Shown here: piece by piece, positions 14,301 to 26,528 of the stretch
Layout of the letters: each line of letters begins with the position of its first letter
How positions within the stretch are numbered: the first letter of the stretch is position 1
Source: Rhizophagus irregularis
Taxonomy: Eukaryota
Assembly (NCBI RefSeq): GCF_026210795.1
Contig: NC_089432.1
Coordinates: 5,332,001-5,396,000 of the forward strand
Length of the DNA: 64,000 nucleotides
Direction: 5' to 3'
Notes under the pieces: generated by a model
Databases searched by the model: none
The model's input: the letters and a program-made list of their open reading frames with translations, nothing else
What the model was told of the DNA's origin: nothing
Made by a program: the position numbers and the translations under genes

Positions 14301-17300
14301 TTTTTAAAATAGCACATGATAAAGATGATTGGTTAATTAAATCACTTAAAATTTTGAGTGACGGACATATGAAACTTAATCAAATTAATGATTTTTTTAA
14401 TTATCTTAATAACAATATTTCTAATGTTGATCAAGAATGTTGGAAGTTGATAAAAGAGCTATCAAATGCTGATGAATTTATAAGTTTTTTAGAAGAAATT
14501 GTCGAACACGATATTAAAAATTTGATAAATGGTGTGGATGACCATTCGGATGAAAGATTGGTTCAAGAAGATACAGTTTCATCACTTATTCAAGTCAAGC
14601 AAATTTTATTGCCATTTATGAATAAGAATAAAAGAGATGATATCGCTGGTTTTTTAGCTTCACTATCAAATATTATAAAAAAGAATCCTACTTTAGGGGA
14701 AAAGATTGCATTATGTAACAGCTGTCATATGGCGTTACGAAATATGTATAAGAACATTTCAGATCGTGGTGAAGTTACTAAGGAAAAAATCAAAAATGCC
14801 GTACTGAATGGGAGTTATACTTTTGGACGTGATGAAAAAGAAGACAAATGTTTTGTTACATTAAAATATACTTCTAGAACTTTTAAATCAGAGATGTTAA
14901 TGACATATAATATGAATGAAATCTTGGATTTACGTGGACGAGCTCTTTTAATTGCGAAACCTAAGATAAGCGTAATAAACGATAAGGATGATGAAATTTC
15001 AAAAAATATTTTGGATGAATTTACTGTTCAAGTCGATATTGCACAAGAAATAATTAACGTAGTGTCCGTGTTAATGCAATTGGGACATTTTGATTATAGA
15101 AGGTTCGAAAATGAATTAATGGGAACAGATAGAATGAAAGATTATTTAAAATTCTTAAAGAATGAGCTCAAAAACTGGTAAATATATTATTTTCCCTTCC
15201 TTCAGAGCGTGATATATAAATGAAAGATTATAACATACTTCATTTTTTACCAATTGCAGGCAAACTATAGTTGATCACGCACAAGAACAGTGTTATTATT
15301 TAACATTCTTCCCTGCTCGTCATATTTTGGCATTCCATGATTATTTCACATCGGAAAAACTAGATGAAGAAAATGAAGAAGAATGTAAAACATTGGTTAG
15401 ATTTGTGAACAACAAAGCTAAATTACCATTTCGAAAAGATGTTCAAGGAATTTCACGTGGATCTAAAGATTATCGCAAGATTCTTTGTGAGATTGGAAAT
15501 GAATTAGAAAAAATTTTTAAAAAAATTCCAAAACAATCGCGCGGAGGACTTAAAGCTGTTGGAACTACCGGACAACGCGCAACGTTGGATATAGTTAAAA
15601 AGGGTAAATTATTTATTGCTGCTTGTGCTGACAAAACAAGAGTTCCAAACATTATTATGTCATTATATGCCAATAATGGAAATTATCCAGAACCGTGGCA
15701 ACTCTTAATATGTACTACTTCAACTACTATGGAGGAATTAACTATCTTCATAAAAAGAAGTTTCTTTGCATCAAAAAATGGATATGAAAATCACTTATTT
15801 TGTATTGCAAATTTAGAATTATTAGACTTTGAATTACAATATGATTTAGTTAATCAAATTAGATCAATGCGAGATCAAAAAGATTTTCTTCTAGCGCTTA
15901 TTTGTTACAGAGAAAATGGAATTCATCATCACATTTTAGATCAATTTTCTTCAGATGTCGTTGAAACCAACGGATTAAATAATGTAGCTATGAGAGGAAT
16001 TTATAAGGAATTGTGTAAAAATGTTATATGTATTTCTTCCGACTTATCGGGACAAGGCAAAACTGAATGGATTAAAGAGGATAGTTTCAATAAAAAGAGA
16101 TTCCCACGTAGCTTTTTAATAAGTGATGATATGGAATTTGGCAGACTTGTACGCCAATTTAAAGAATGTAAACTCCGACCTGCAGAAAGTTTACATATCA
16201 ATATAGTATCATCTAACTTTCCTGGAGACGTCAATATGTTTTTATTTGAATTATTAACTTTGGGTATAGTCTCTACTAATGTTAATATAGCTTGCCTACC
16301 GCTTTCAGAAACACCTACGTATATATTTATCGAAATAGCTTCAACTACTGAACAATATTTACTTAATTCTCTTCCTATGGCAGGATATTTATTGTCCAAG
16401 CATTTAACTTGGGATATTAAAAGTTTGAAAATCTCTCAAGATATTACTAGTCCAATTCAGGTTACTTGTAATTATTTGAATTTATTAGATCTTAATGAGA
16501 TAGATACAAAAGAGATCCTTTTTCGGACGGATGATGCAATTAAAGAACCGTTACCAGTGGAACGTTGTCAAAACCTTATTGAGAAATATTTCTTTAACGA
16601 AAACAACAAAGACATTTCCTCATTTAGATTTGTTGAAATATTTGTTAATGTTCTAGCAGATCAATTAGTTCGATTTTCATCAAGTTTATTCTTTACAGTA
16701 GATAATCTGAGATTAATGGTAAAAGAAACTACTAATATTAGAAAACTTATATTAAAAACCTTAATGGATGGTTCAAAAGATTTTGCAACTAGATCTATTA
16801 AAACAAGAGAGGCACAATTGGAATCTACAAATACTGAAGATGAAAACGCTCGTCTTGGTACAATTGTTCAATGGGACGACTCAAATCATCTTATAGTATT
16901 TTTCAATTCTCAAACTCCCGATACAATATCTGCCTTATATCGTGACAGAACTAAAGTTCACGAAAATGTTAAGACTTTATTAAAAAGTCAAGTAATTGGA
17001 GATAGAACAAAGTGGGAATTAGATGATTACAATTCGATGTCTACGGATGCTCTTCTTGTGAAGTTAGAATATTTAGCGCGAAGGTCGACGGAAAAATTAA
17101 ATATTTCTGAATACGCTTTATCTGGTGATAACCTAATAAAGATGGCCTTAATTCTTTTAAGAGCACGTGCGAATATTCCAGTTATAGTTTGTGGTGAAGC
17201 AGGTTGTGGAAAGGTGATTTTTTTTATTATAATTGTTATTTTCATTATCATTATTTTTTTTTAAAAAAAAATTTTTATATCTCTTATAGACAAGTTTGAT

Positions 17301-20300
17301 TGCCTACTTGGCTTTGATGGTTGAAGTTCAATTCCAGTCTCTTAACCTTCATGCCGGAATTGATGAAAAAACTATTATGATGTTTATGGATGATTCTTTG
17401 GAAAAAGCAGAAAAAGGCGAGATTTGGCTATTCTTTGATGAGATCAATACTTGCAATTATATAGGTCTACTCTCTGATTTAATATCTCATCGAATGCTTA
17501 ATGGAAAATTAATACACCCAAATATTCGTTTATTCTCCGCCTGCAATCCATATCGCCTTCGTACAAAAACCCAAAGTGAGGCTGGTTTAACAAATAGGGT
17601 TAAAAAATTTGAAGAACGAAGTAATCTTGTTTATCAAGTCAAACCACTTCCTGATCAAATTTTAGATTATGTTTGGGACTATGGTATTCTAAAACCAAAA
17701 GATGAATATAGATATATTCAAATTATGGTAGAAAAAGAACTGAAAAATTTAGCACATCCCGTATTTGCGGAACTTTTATTTGCTTCACAAAATTTTATTC
17801 GAAAAGTTGAAGAACCATATAGTGTGAGTCTACGTGATGTCAAGCGAGCTATAAAATTGGTGATATTCTTTTATAAATCTCTTCATAATCGTCCTGCTTA
17901 CAGATATGGACATGTATATCCACCGCCTGGAAATCCAACCATATTGATTAGATCTTATGTTCTAGCACTTAGCCTTTGTTATCATTCTCGGTTATATGAA
18001 CAAGATTTACGTAGACAATATCGTTATGAAATGGGACAAATATTACACAATCACAACGCATTTGTAGGAGAAAATATGTTTTCTAAAATTATTCGTGAAG
18101 AACAAGAAGATTATATTAAGAGGATGCGATGTCCACCTAATACAGCATATAACGAAGCTTTATTAGAAAATGTTTTAGTTATGATCGTATGCATCTTGAC
18201 AAAAATCCCTCTGTTCCTTATTGGAGCACCAGGCTCTTCAAAATCTTTAGCAATTCGTCTTATAAGCTCAAATTTACGTGGAGCCGATTCATATGATAAA
18301 TATTTTAGAAATTTACCACAGATTTATTTAATTCCACATCAAGGTTCTTCATCTTCAACTTCTGATGGTATTATCAAAGTTTTTGATAAGGCGAATAGGT
18401 TTCAGGAAACAACTTCCACTCAATTTCCTGTTATAAGTGTTGTTTTACTTGATGAAGGTAGTTTCATTTATATTTAATATATTACTAAGTTTTTCGCATT
18501 ATTATTATTTATAATATTTTCTGTCTATCATAATTTTTCTTTTTCTTTTATATGTCATTCTAAAGTTGGTTTAGCTGAAACAAGTCCTTACAATCCGTTA
18601 AAAGTACTTCACTCCTTGCTTGAACCAAGTTATCCAGCTACAGGGCCAACTGTTTCAGTGATAGGAATATCTAATTGGCGCTTAGATAACAGTAAAAGTA
18701 GTCGTGCACTACTTGTTCAGAGGTACATCTAAATAACAATCATTGTATAATTTACAATTTCACTATGTAGTATGTACACTTATATTTTCTTACGTTTTTT
18801 GCAGACCACAATTTGATTTGGATGATTTAGTTGATACAGCTGAACGTTTATTAAATAAAAGAGTTGTCAGATCTCAAAGAGGGGCTTTAAGACCTTTAGC
18901 TAAAGCATATTTGAATTACGAAAAACATGGACAATCTTTGCCTAATTTCCACGGTCTTCGTGATTATTATGCGTTGGTTAAGCGACTTTCATTATGTGAA
19001 ATGACTCCAGAGAATATTCAAATGGCATTATCCCGTAATTTTGGAGGAACAGAGAATCATGTCAAATTATGCGAACTTTATTTTGGATATGTTTTGAAAA
19101 TGTTTAATAATCATAAACCATGGTTATATAAACAAATTCCAATTGAACAATTAATTACTTCAAATTTAGATGATTCTGATGCACGTCACTTAATGGTTAT
19201 CGGTAAAAGTGATTCAATTGTGAATTTGTTGACTTATCAGTTAAGAATGAGAGACTTGGATCCTGTTGTTATTTTAGGATCTCAATTTCCCGATGATCGG
19301 GATGATTATTATTATAGTGTTTTGAGGAGAATCATGGTAACAATTTATAAGAAATATTCTTTCTTTTACCCACATTATGTATAAAACTAATTTTATGATT
19401 TTAGATGTGCGTTGAAACAGGTAGACCATTGATTCTAACAGACTTGGAAATAATTTATGGTGATTCTTTTATTTGTTATCTTAAGTATAATAATTATTTA
19501 TATTAAATGATTTTTTATATTTCAATAGGGAGTCTTTATGATTTATGGAATCAAAATTACATCGTTGTGGGAAGTAAAGATAATGTCAAATACTTTACAA
19601 GAGTTGCACTTGGAGCATATGCTAATCCTATGCTGTAAGCGAATTAATTCATTAAATTTATCGTATATATTGATTATTTTATTTTAAAGTATTTTAAATA
19701 ATAATAATGAATTTTAGTTACGTTTCGCCGAATTTTAAATGTATTCTTGTCATGGATGAGAAGAACATGGCTTCAGCTGATCCTCCACTTCTTAATCGGT
19801 TTGAAAAGCAAAAAATGTCAATTAATGACACTCTTAATAATAAACAAAAATTACTTGTTGAAAATTTAGGTGATTGGGTAAGAAAAATGTCGACTCTGAT
19901 TGGAGTTAATCCAATAACTCAATTACGTAATAAATTCACCCAGAAGAATCTATTCATTGGATTTGATAAAGATGAAACCTTACAAAGTTTAATTATTGAC
20001 ATCACAAAGAATAATCCAGAAGCAGATAATGATGAAATTTTAGAAAAATGCAAGGAATGTTTAATTGCAACAGCATCTTCTGACGGAGTTGTAAGAGCCG
20101 AACAATCAGCTTTAGAAAGAGATGAAGTTGATCGATGGAAACAGATTTATTTCCACAAACAGCATCACAATAGTCTTTATGATTATTTTGCTAATCAAGA
20201 AGATGCGTTATCAGATCCTAATGGACATTTAGTGATTATAAATACATTTTCTAATATCAATACGGATGTTAAGTCTTGTTTACAAGAACTTGCAAGTTGT

Positions 20301-23300
20301 CAAGTAGATAAATTGTCGATTTTCAAAACTGAAGCTCAACTTTCAAATCGGGTAAGTCAAAGCAATGATTTAATAAGTTAATACATGCTTTCTTAGGTAA
20401 CTTATTACAACTCCATACTTATAGGTAAAACACTTCTGGTCAGAATCAACCGATCAAATGTTGATTCTTCAATGTGACTTAACTACCGTTAATACTGGAT
20501 GTATTAAACTAGCCAAATTCATTATTGAGCAATTTCGAAATGAATATATATCAAAGAGAGATCAAATGGAGCGGGATATGCCTACGAAGCATGCATGTAT
20601 CATTCTTCATATTCATCGAGATCAGGAATCCACTTTTACATCTTTTAATTTCATGTGCGGTTGGAAACAAATGACTATTGAAACATTATCAGGAAGTGAC
20701 GTTCCTACATCAGGTCTCCTAGATGGATCTTTAACTCGTATTGTTAATTCTACTTATCCATTCGAGAAAATTTTACAACAAGAACTCTTATGGTGTTTAT
20801 CATGTATGAAATATCCATCGAACGACAAGTCAATCAATCATATAAAGTAAGCGACATTATTTATTTGTATGATATTTAATAATTGCATTTATTAAGAATT
20901 TTTTTTTTTCCGCATTAAATTATTTTTTAGGACATTAAACGAAAAAATTCTAAAACATCCAATATTTATTGAATGTTTGAAAAAGAGAGTCCTTGAATGG
21001 GCTGAAGAGAATTCTACAAGTGACTGGCAATATAAGATAGCATCAAATAAACAAAATTTATATCCATACCCTTCATTTTCTGCAGCACTACAAGCTCACG
21101 TTAGAACACTTTTTAGAACACCGATAGCGCGGATTTTATGCGCTTTAGAAAGATTATCGGCGATAAAAACATTTTTCTATGTTTCTGATCAAACAAAGTC
21201 AAAAAAAGGAAACTATGAGAAGTTACTTAAGTTTTGGGAACAAATTTATGTAGACGAGAAAATAATAAAAATTGAAGATATACAAAATCCAAAACCTGAT
21301 GGATATAATATGCCGGCAGGAAGTTTGCTCGATCTTGAATTTCCTTTTTCATTTTATTATATGAAACAAATTGATAGTTTTAAAAGACATTATGAAGAAG
21401 AAATATCGATGTTACAAAAGGATGATGATAAAATTGATGACGAAACCAATGAACTTTATGATGACGTAATCGAGGATCATTTAAAAGATTTTAAAAATAA
21501 TCTTCTTACGTCGATTCCGCAATTAAAAAATTCACCTCTCGAATGGGAATGGGCTTCGGAGCTATATTTTAATGACTTTGTTACTGTTATTGCGTCAAAA
21601 GATGGTGAGACAAAAAATAGAAAAATGTTAGCATTAATCTTAAAGTTACTCATTGGTGCCGATAAAATGCGCCAACCAATTTTCCTACACGCATATTGGT
21701 GGAAAAATGCTAACGAAGTTTTGGCTCAATTGCAATTAGCTCAAATGTCTCCAATAATTATTAAAAATATTGAAAAACAAGGAAATTCTATTGTAAGGGG
21801 AAGTATAGAAAAATATCTAGTTAAAGAAGTGACAAAACTAATGTTACAGCGAATTTGTGGAAATTTTGAAGTCGCAGAAAATGCTCATTTGATCGATAAA
21901 TGGCAGCATGATGTAACAAAAGTATTATCTCTTGTTAATAAGATAACACGAGCAAAGAATTTACCGGATCTTCAGTTGTTACGTATTATAAACGATCTAG
22001 TTGCAACGAAGACAATTCCTTTAGAAAGTATTAGAGAAATTGTTCAACTTGGATTAAGTTCAGACGAGCAAGAAGTTCTTTCCGAGGAATTTATCAACAC
22101 TGTAATTGATAAGCTAGATAAACTAGAACAAAATGAGAAAAATATAATTCCAAAAAGATCATTTATCATGAGATGCCTTGCATTGATTCCTATCGAATCA
22201 GATGTACTTCTAAGTTTTTATAAGAAGTTATTCTCGAATGAACCTTTTCCATTAATGGGTGCAATCATTGAGAGGGTATTTATTAAAGAAGACTTAGAAA
22301 ATCAGGATATATTCTTTACAACACTTACAGATTTCGATGAAGCTATGAGGCAATCTACCCGGTTAAATATTATTAATGAATGTTTAGGAGATTTAAATAC
22401 AAACATGACTACTTTATGTTGTGATACCATTGAACAAAGCTTTTTTATGAATGAGAAATTGGAAAATTTAGCGGCTTATTGTGGATCGGCTCTTGAAGCT
22501 TTATATAAACAAGGAAGGCCATCATTACAAAAAATAGTCTCTATTGCGTTGCTTAAAGAATTCGTTCGTCGATTCTGGGATAGTTTTCTTCCGAAAAATA
22601 AAAATAACCCCATTGTATATGATAAGGCAGAGGAAAACAATTTTGATAATGAAATAATTAATCAAATCAACAATATTTTGACTTTTTCTCATCCTTTGAT
22701 TCATTCTCTCAAAATTTACTTTTTAAGAGATTTATTTCGGAGAGGTTTTTCAATTGATGACATTAGACGATTTTGCGAAGCTCAAAAAAATGTTTTGCCG
22801 TGGCTTAGAACTTTCAATTGGGAAGATACTAAAGAAAATCGTTTATCTGATAATCCATATTGTAATTTACCCGAATATAATGAAGCAGAAAACAGCTTTA
22901 TGGCCCTCTATAGTATAGGAAATAAGGCACCTTTCCAAACATATATCCAACAAATGAAGCAGAATATGACTTTGACAACAAAATTATCTTTAATGGGGCT
23001 CCTCTTTGTACGTCTTCATGCATTAAGAGCTTCAAGAGAATGGCGACATTCAGAAGTGCAATCGGCTGATTTCTTGACCAAAGAGATTACTGGAATGAAC
23101 TTATCGAATTCATTTAAAACAATTGCAACAAATATCCTATCGAATAAACAACCTTTACTCCAAATTATCAATCCGGAAATTAATAATACCGATTTGATAT
23201 TAAAATCCGTTATTGCACATATTATCGCATTTCATGCATCGATTGAGCCGAATTCATCTCAACTTGCAATGTATTTACACAATTTACAAGATTGTCAGAA

Positions 23301-25916
23301 TAAGTTTATTTTAACGTGCATGTCAGATATGGAATCAGTATTGTTAAATGCTATTAATGAAAAGGTTACAAGATATGTCTGTAAATGCGGTTTTAAATAC
23401 TTTGTCGCAAATTGTGGCAATGTGGTCCATGCTAGTAAATGTCCAAACTGTGGAAATACAATTGGAGGAAATGCCTATAATCAACCAGCAGCGGGTAATA
23501 CTAGGCTTGATGTTGCACCAGGTGGTCAAGCATCAAATGATCAAGTAGGATATATTGGCGAACTAGTTAATCAAGATTTAGGTCATTCCGTCAGATCTTT
23601 TCCACCTACAACATACCGTATGCTACACTTGATTATTCACGCCCTTATTGGAGCGTCTTCACCTCAACCTGCCCTTGTCTTCCTTCAAAAAAATAATAAT
23701 ATCGCTACAGATTCTGAAAAATATTGTATGGACCATATTCGAAATGATTGGGAAGTTCTCAAGAAACTTCTTAACTGTTCAGATGTGGTATTTAGAAAAA
23801 TTGTTTTTGTTATTTTTTAGACTAATTTGAAATAAAATTATTAACTAATAAATTTTATAATTTTTATTCAGAATTTGGCGTTAATATTCCATTCATTGAT
23901 TTCTTTGATGATGGAAAATCCTCCCTTACCGAATCAACAGACAAATACATCTGCTGAACGCATGAATTGGGAAACCGTATTCCATAATAATTATGTTACA
24001 CCACAAACTAAAAATGTTAACGAAACAGCGGCTAATTATCGTATGAAATTAAACGAAGCTCTAACCAAAAATAAAAAAATTAACTTAATTGAATGTGAAA
24101 TCAATCAGACTTTAGTTATGGATGAACAATATCGAAGTGAGAAGTTACCAAATTTATGGAGAACGATTGGAATAATTAACTTTGATAGTTTTCGCGCTTA
24201 TTATATGAGCGATTTGACAAGGAACAACGATTATCCATTTCTCAATATATTTTTCAAACATTCTAAACAAATAGAATTACTAAAACATCTTTTACCTATT
24301 GTAAAATTCGTTCAAATTTTGAATGCCAAACTTGGATATCAATTAACAAGACAAACGGCAAAAGATATGAATTTCAGACAATTTATAGAAAAAGAATCCA
24401 ATGGTGGTGAAAACGATGAAATTTTCAATAGTTTAAATACCGCTTTTAATGACTTTAAACTTGGTTGGAACACAGTAATGCCTTTTGTTAAACGATATCA
24501 ATGTCATGAACTTCCCAATGATAAACCAACAATGGGTTATAATCTTCCAGTTATTTTTGGCTTATTGGAACAGAAAGATGCAGGAATTTTCCTATGTGCA
24601 ATTTTATATCACTTAATCGAAATACAAAATAGATTCTTACAAGAAGTTATAGAAATTCCACCTGGAACTTGTAAATCTCTCAAGTTTTTAGATGAATTAA
24701 CATTTGATGTCGGACTACCAATTTCAAAAACAAAACCAGTTACACCCAATGGGTATTGCCTTCAATCTATGTATCTTGATCATGCTCGTTCAGGAAATAT
24801 CATTAATTTTGATTGGGATGATGAAATTCTTGCATATAGTCAAAGAAATTTAGCAATTGCAAGAGGAGAAGATATTGTATATGATTTGACAAAAATTGAA
24901 GCGGAATTGGCAAATATTCTAGTTTTCGAAAAAGTTTATATAGAAACTCTACCAGATTCCCAATTATATCTTGAACCTTTTCCGTATCACATGGAGCTAT
25001 TTCAAGGATGTATGAGAATTCTTAGTGATATTAAGAATTTAATAGCTCAAGAGCCAATTCCAATTGAAAAAATGAATTTATTAGGGGTCTCTAGTTTACA
25101 TTATGCTTCAAAATTAAATTTAGATAATGCGTCAGAACTTTTGTCATCATTGGAAATTCTTTTATGCTTTGTCAAACGTACTGCGGCCGGGGATGGAGAA
25201 AAATCCATTAAGGAATTTGTTTTACAATGGATGAAATTATCATCTTTGTATGAACATAGAGGATTTTCTAAAATTTTGGATACTGATTTGCAACTTAAAC
25301 ATTTGGTTTCTTTGTACGAGCTCGTTGAAGAACAAGTTGCCGATATTAAAATTAAATATATTCATGAAAAATATAAGGAAAAACTTTCAGCGGATATGGA
25401 GACGGCAATAATGAAATCATTAGATCTTGAACAGCAAACTACAACGAAAAAAGTTATACCAGCAGAGGCATTCGCTTTGGCTTTAAAACGATTTATGCTA
25501 CGATTCTTAACTTTAGAAAATCAAAAAGAGAAGGAACCATTATATGTTTATTTGCAAGATAGTTCATTAAATTTTTGGCCCTCAACAGTTCCAGAGGAAC
25601 TTATCGATGAATTGTTTCCAGAAAATTTATTGCTGGCTAATACGTATGATGCCTATACGTTTACAATAAACAAGATTGAGGTAAGAAATTTAATAAATAT
25701 GTATTAACTGTTAATATTTAAAATAATTTTAACTTAATAAATTTAATTTGTATTTATAAATTTTTTAAGCAAACGATGAAAAAACAGGCTAATTTTACTA
25801 GAAATATAGTTAATAATCAAACCATCAAGTCACCTAATAATCAAAAGGAACCTACTGCTAGCAAAAGCACACAAAGAAGGTCAAGAAAGATTCTATCAAA
25901 GTATGATGCGATGTAG
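8368..25916 (+). CDS. RNF213/mysterin-like giant AAA+ ATPase / RZ-finger E3 ubiquitin ligase, 14 exons, 5492 aa
   Basis: Exons 8368-12405, 12484-13307, 13402-15177, 15260-17213, 17290-18457, 18566-18722, 18805-19336, 19405-19459, 19529-19634, 19718-20351, 20425-20846, 20931-23787, 23872-25680, 25770-25916. All introns are GT-AG and the exons sum to 16479 nt in frame. RNF213-type motifs appear in order: SGQGKT, GEAGCGKT, WLFFDEINT, ACNPYR, LVYQVKPLP, VSLRDVKR, IPLFLIGAPGSSKSLA, VVLLDEVGLAE, PLKVLHSLLE, GISNW, GLRDYYALVK, RNFGG, GSQFPDD, SLYDLWNQ, PLLNRFEK, then an RZ-like finger. Confidence 0.93.
8600..10040 (+). repeat. Intragenic coding repeat family A (about 94 aa / 282 bp units, D/N/E/K/S-rich)
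   Basis: The anchor tcaggtcaagaa (QVKN) recurs near 8637, 8995, 9237, 9519 and 9801, with the last two spacings 282 bp. The peptides GHNRIDK and ISKSRY recur. Confidence 0.9.
10065..11220 (+). repeat. Intragenic coding repeat family B (43-aa units, then 60- and 63-aa units)
   Basis: EQ[MI]DE...SSQDEND units are spaced 129 bp (about 10072, 10201, 10330, 10459, 10588). Near-identical 180 and 189 bp units follow at about 10783, 10963 and 11152. Confidence 0.9.
11491..11810 (+). other. CBM20-like (starch-binding fold) domain within the RNF213-like protein
   Basis: VIFHVH...PVVLGNVKELGSW...KL...YW...IQYKYAI matches the CBM20 pattern V-x-G-N-x-x-x-L-G-x-W ... W ... Y-K-Y. Confidence 0.75.
23371..23500 (+). 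other. RZ (RNF213/ZNFX1)-type zinc finger, variant
   Basis: RYVCKCGFKYFVANCGNVVHASKCPNCGNTIGGNAY follows the RZ layout Y-x-C-x-x-G...CG...C-P-x-C-x-x-x-I-G-G. Confidence 0.8.
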
Positions 25917-26219
25917 AAACTCTTATATTCTTGTTATCAAATTATTTAAATTGTAGTATATAGTAGCTTTATTGTTATTTTTATTATGTTAGTTTTCATT
26001 CATATTGAATTTGCTTATGAAATAAATTTAGATTGAATTTATCGTTATTATAAAATACTGAATCAAACGTTTTATATGTAATCAGGTTAAATAAAAAAAT
26101 AAAAAATGTGATGATAATACGCAAAGTTTGCGTTACAGTAAAGTTCGCGTATCCAACTCCCCAGCGTAAAAAAGCTCGGGCACGTGATTCATGTGATTTT
26201 TCTATTATTGTCCGGAGAG

Positions 26220-26528
26220 TGTCCGGAGCGAAGCAAAGGATCCTTGCGCACTATGAAAAAAAATCGATCACGTGAATTTCTCTGTCCGCCACGTGATCGT
26301 CACCCAATGAAATCGCAAATTTTAGTTTTTCTCTCCGGACTTACAACGATTCCCGTTTCCTAGTGTACAGTAAAACTAGGAAACGGGAACCGTTGTAAGT
26401 CCGGAACGAAAAACTAAAATTTGCCGATTTCATTGGTGACGATCACGTGGCGGACAGAGAAACTCACGTGATCGATTTTTTTTTTCATAGTGCGTAGACA
26501 TATATTGTCCTTCGCTTCGCTCCGGACA
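26220..26528. repeat. ~310-bp near-perfect inverted repeat (foldback or MITE-like), ~145-bp arms, ~10-bp loop
   Basis: Left arm tgtccggagcgaagc...ctctgtccgccacgtgatcgtcacc...cccgtttcctagt pairs with right arm actaggaaacggg...ggtgacgatcacgtggcggacagag...gcttcgctccggaca. Confidence 0.9.

Noticed and set aside
15327..20381. Midasin or dynein assignment for the AAA core
   Set aside because: The motifs GSSKSLA, DEVGLAE, GISNW and GLRDYY, together with the CBM20-like and RZ-like domains, fit RNF213. I see no MIDAS domain or microtubule-binding stalk.
12508..25707. Reading the separate large ORFs as an operon-like multi-gene system
   Set aside because: The gaps are AT-rich GT-AG introns and splicing restores split catalytic motifs, so this is one gene.
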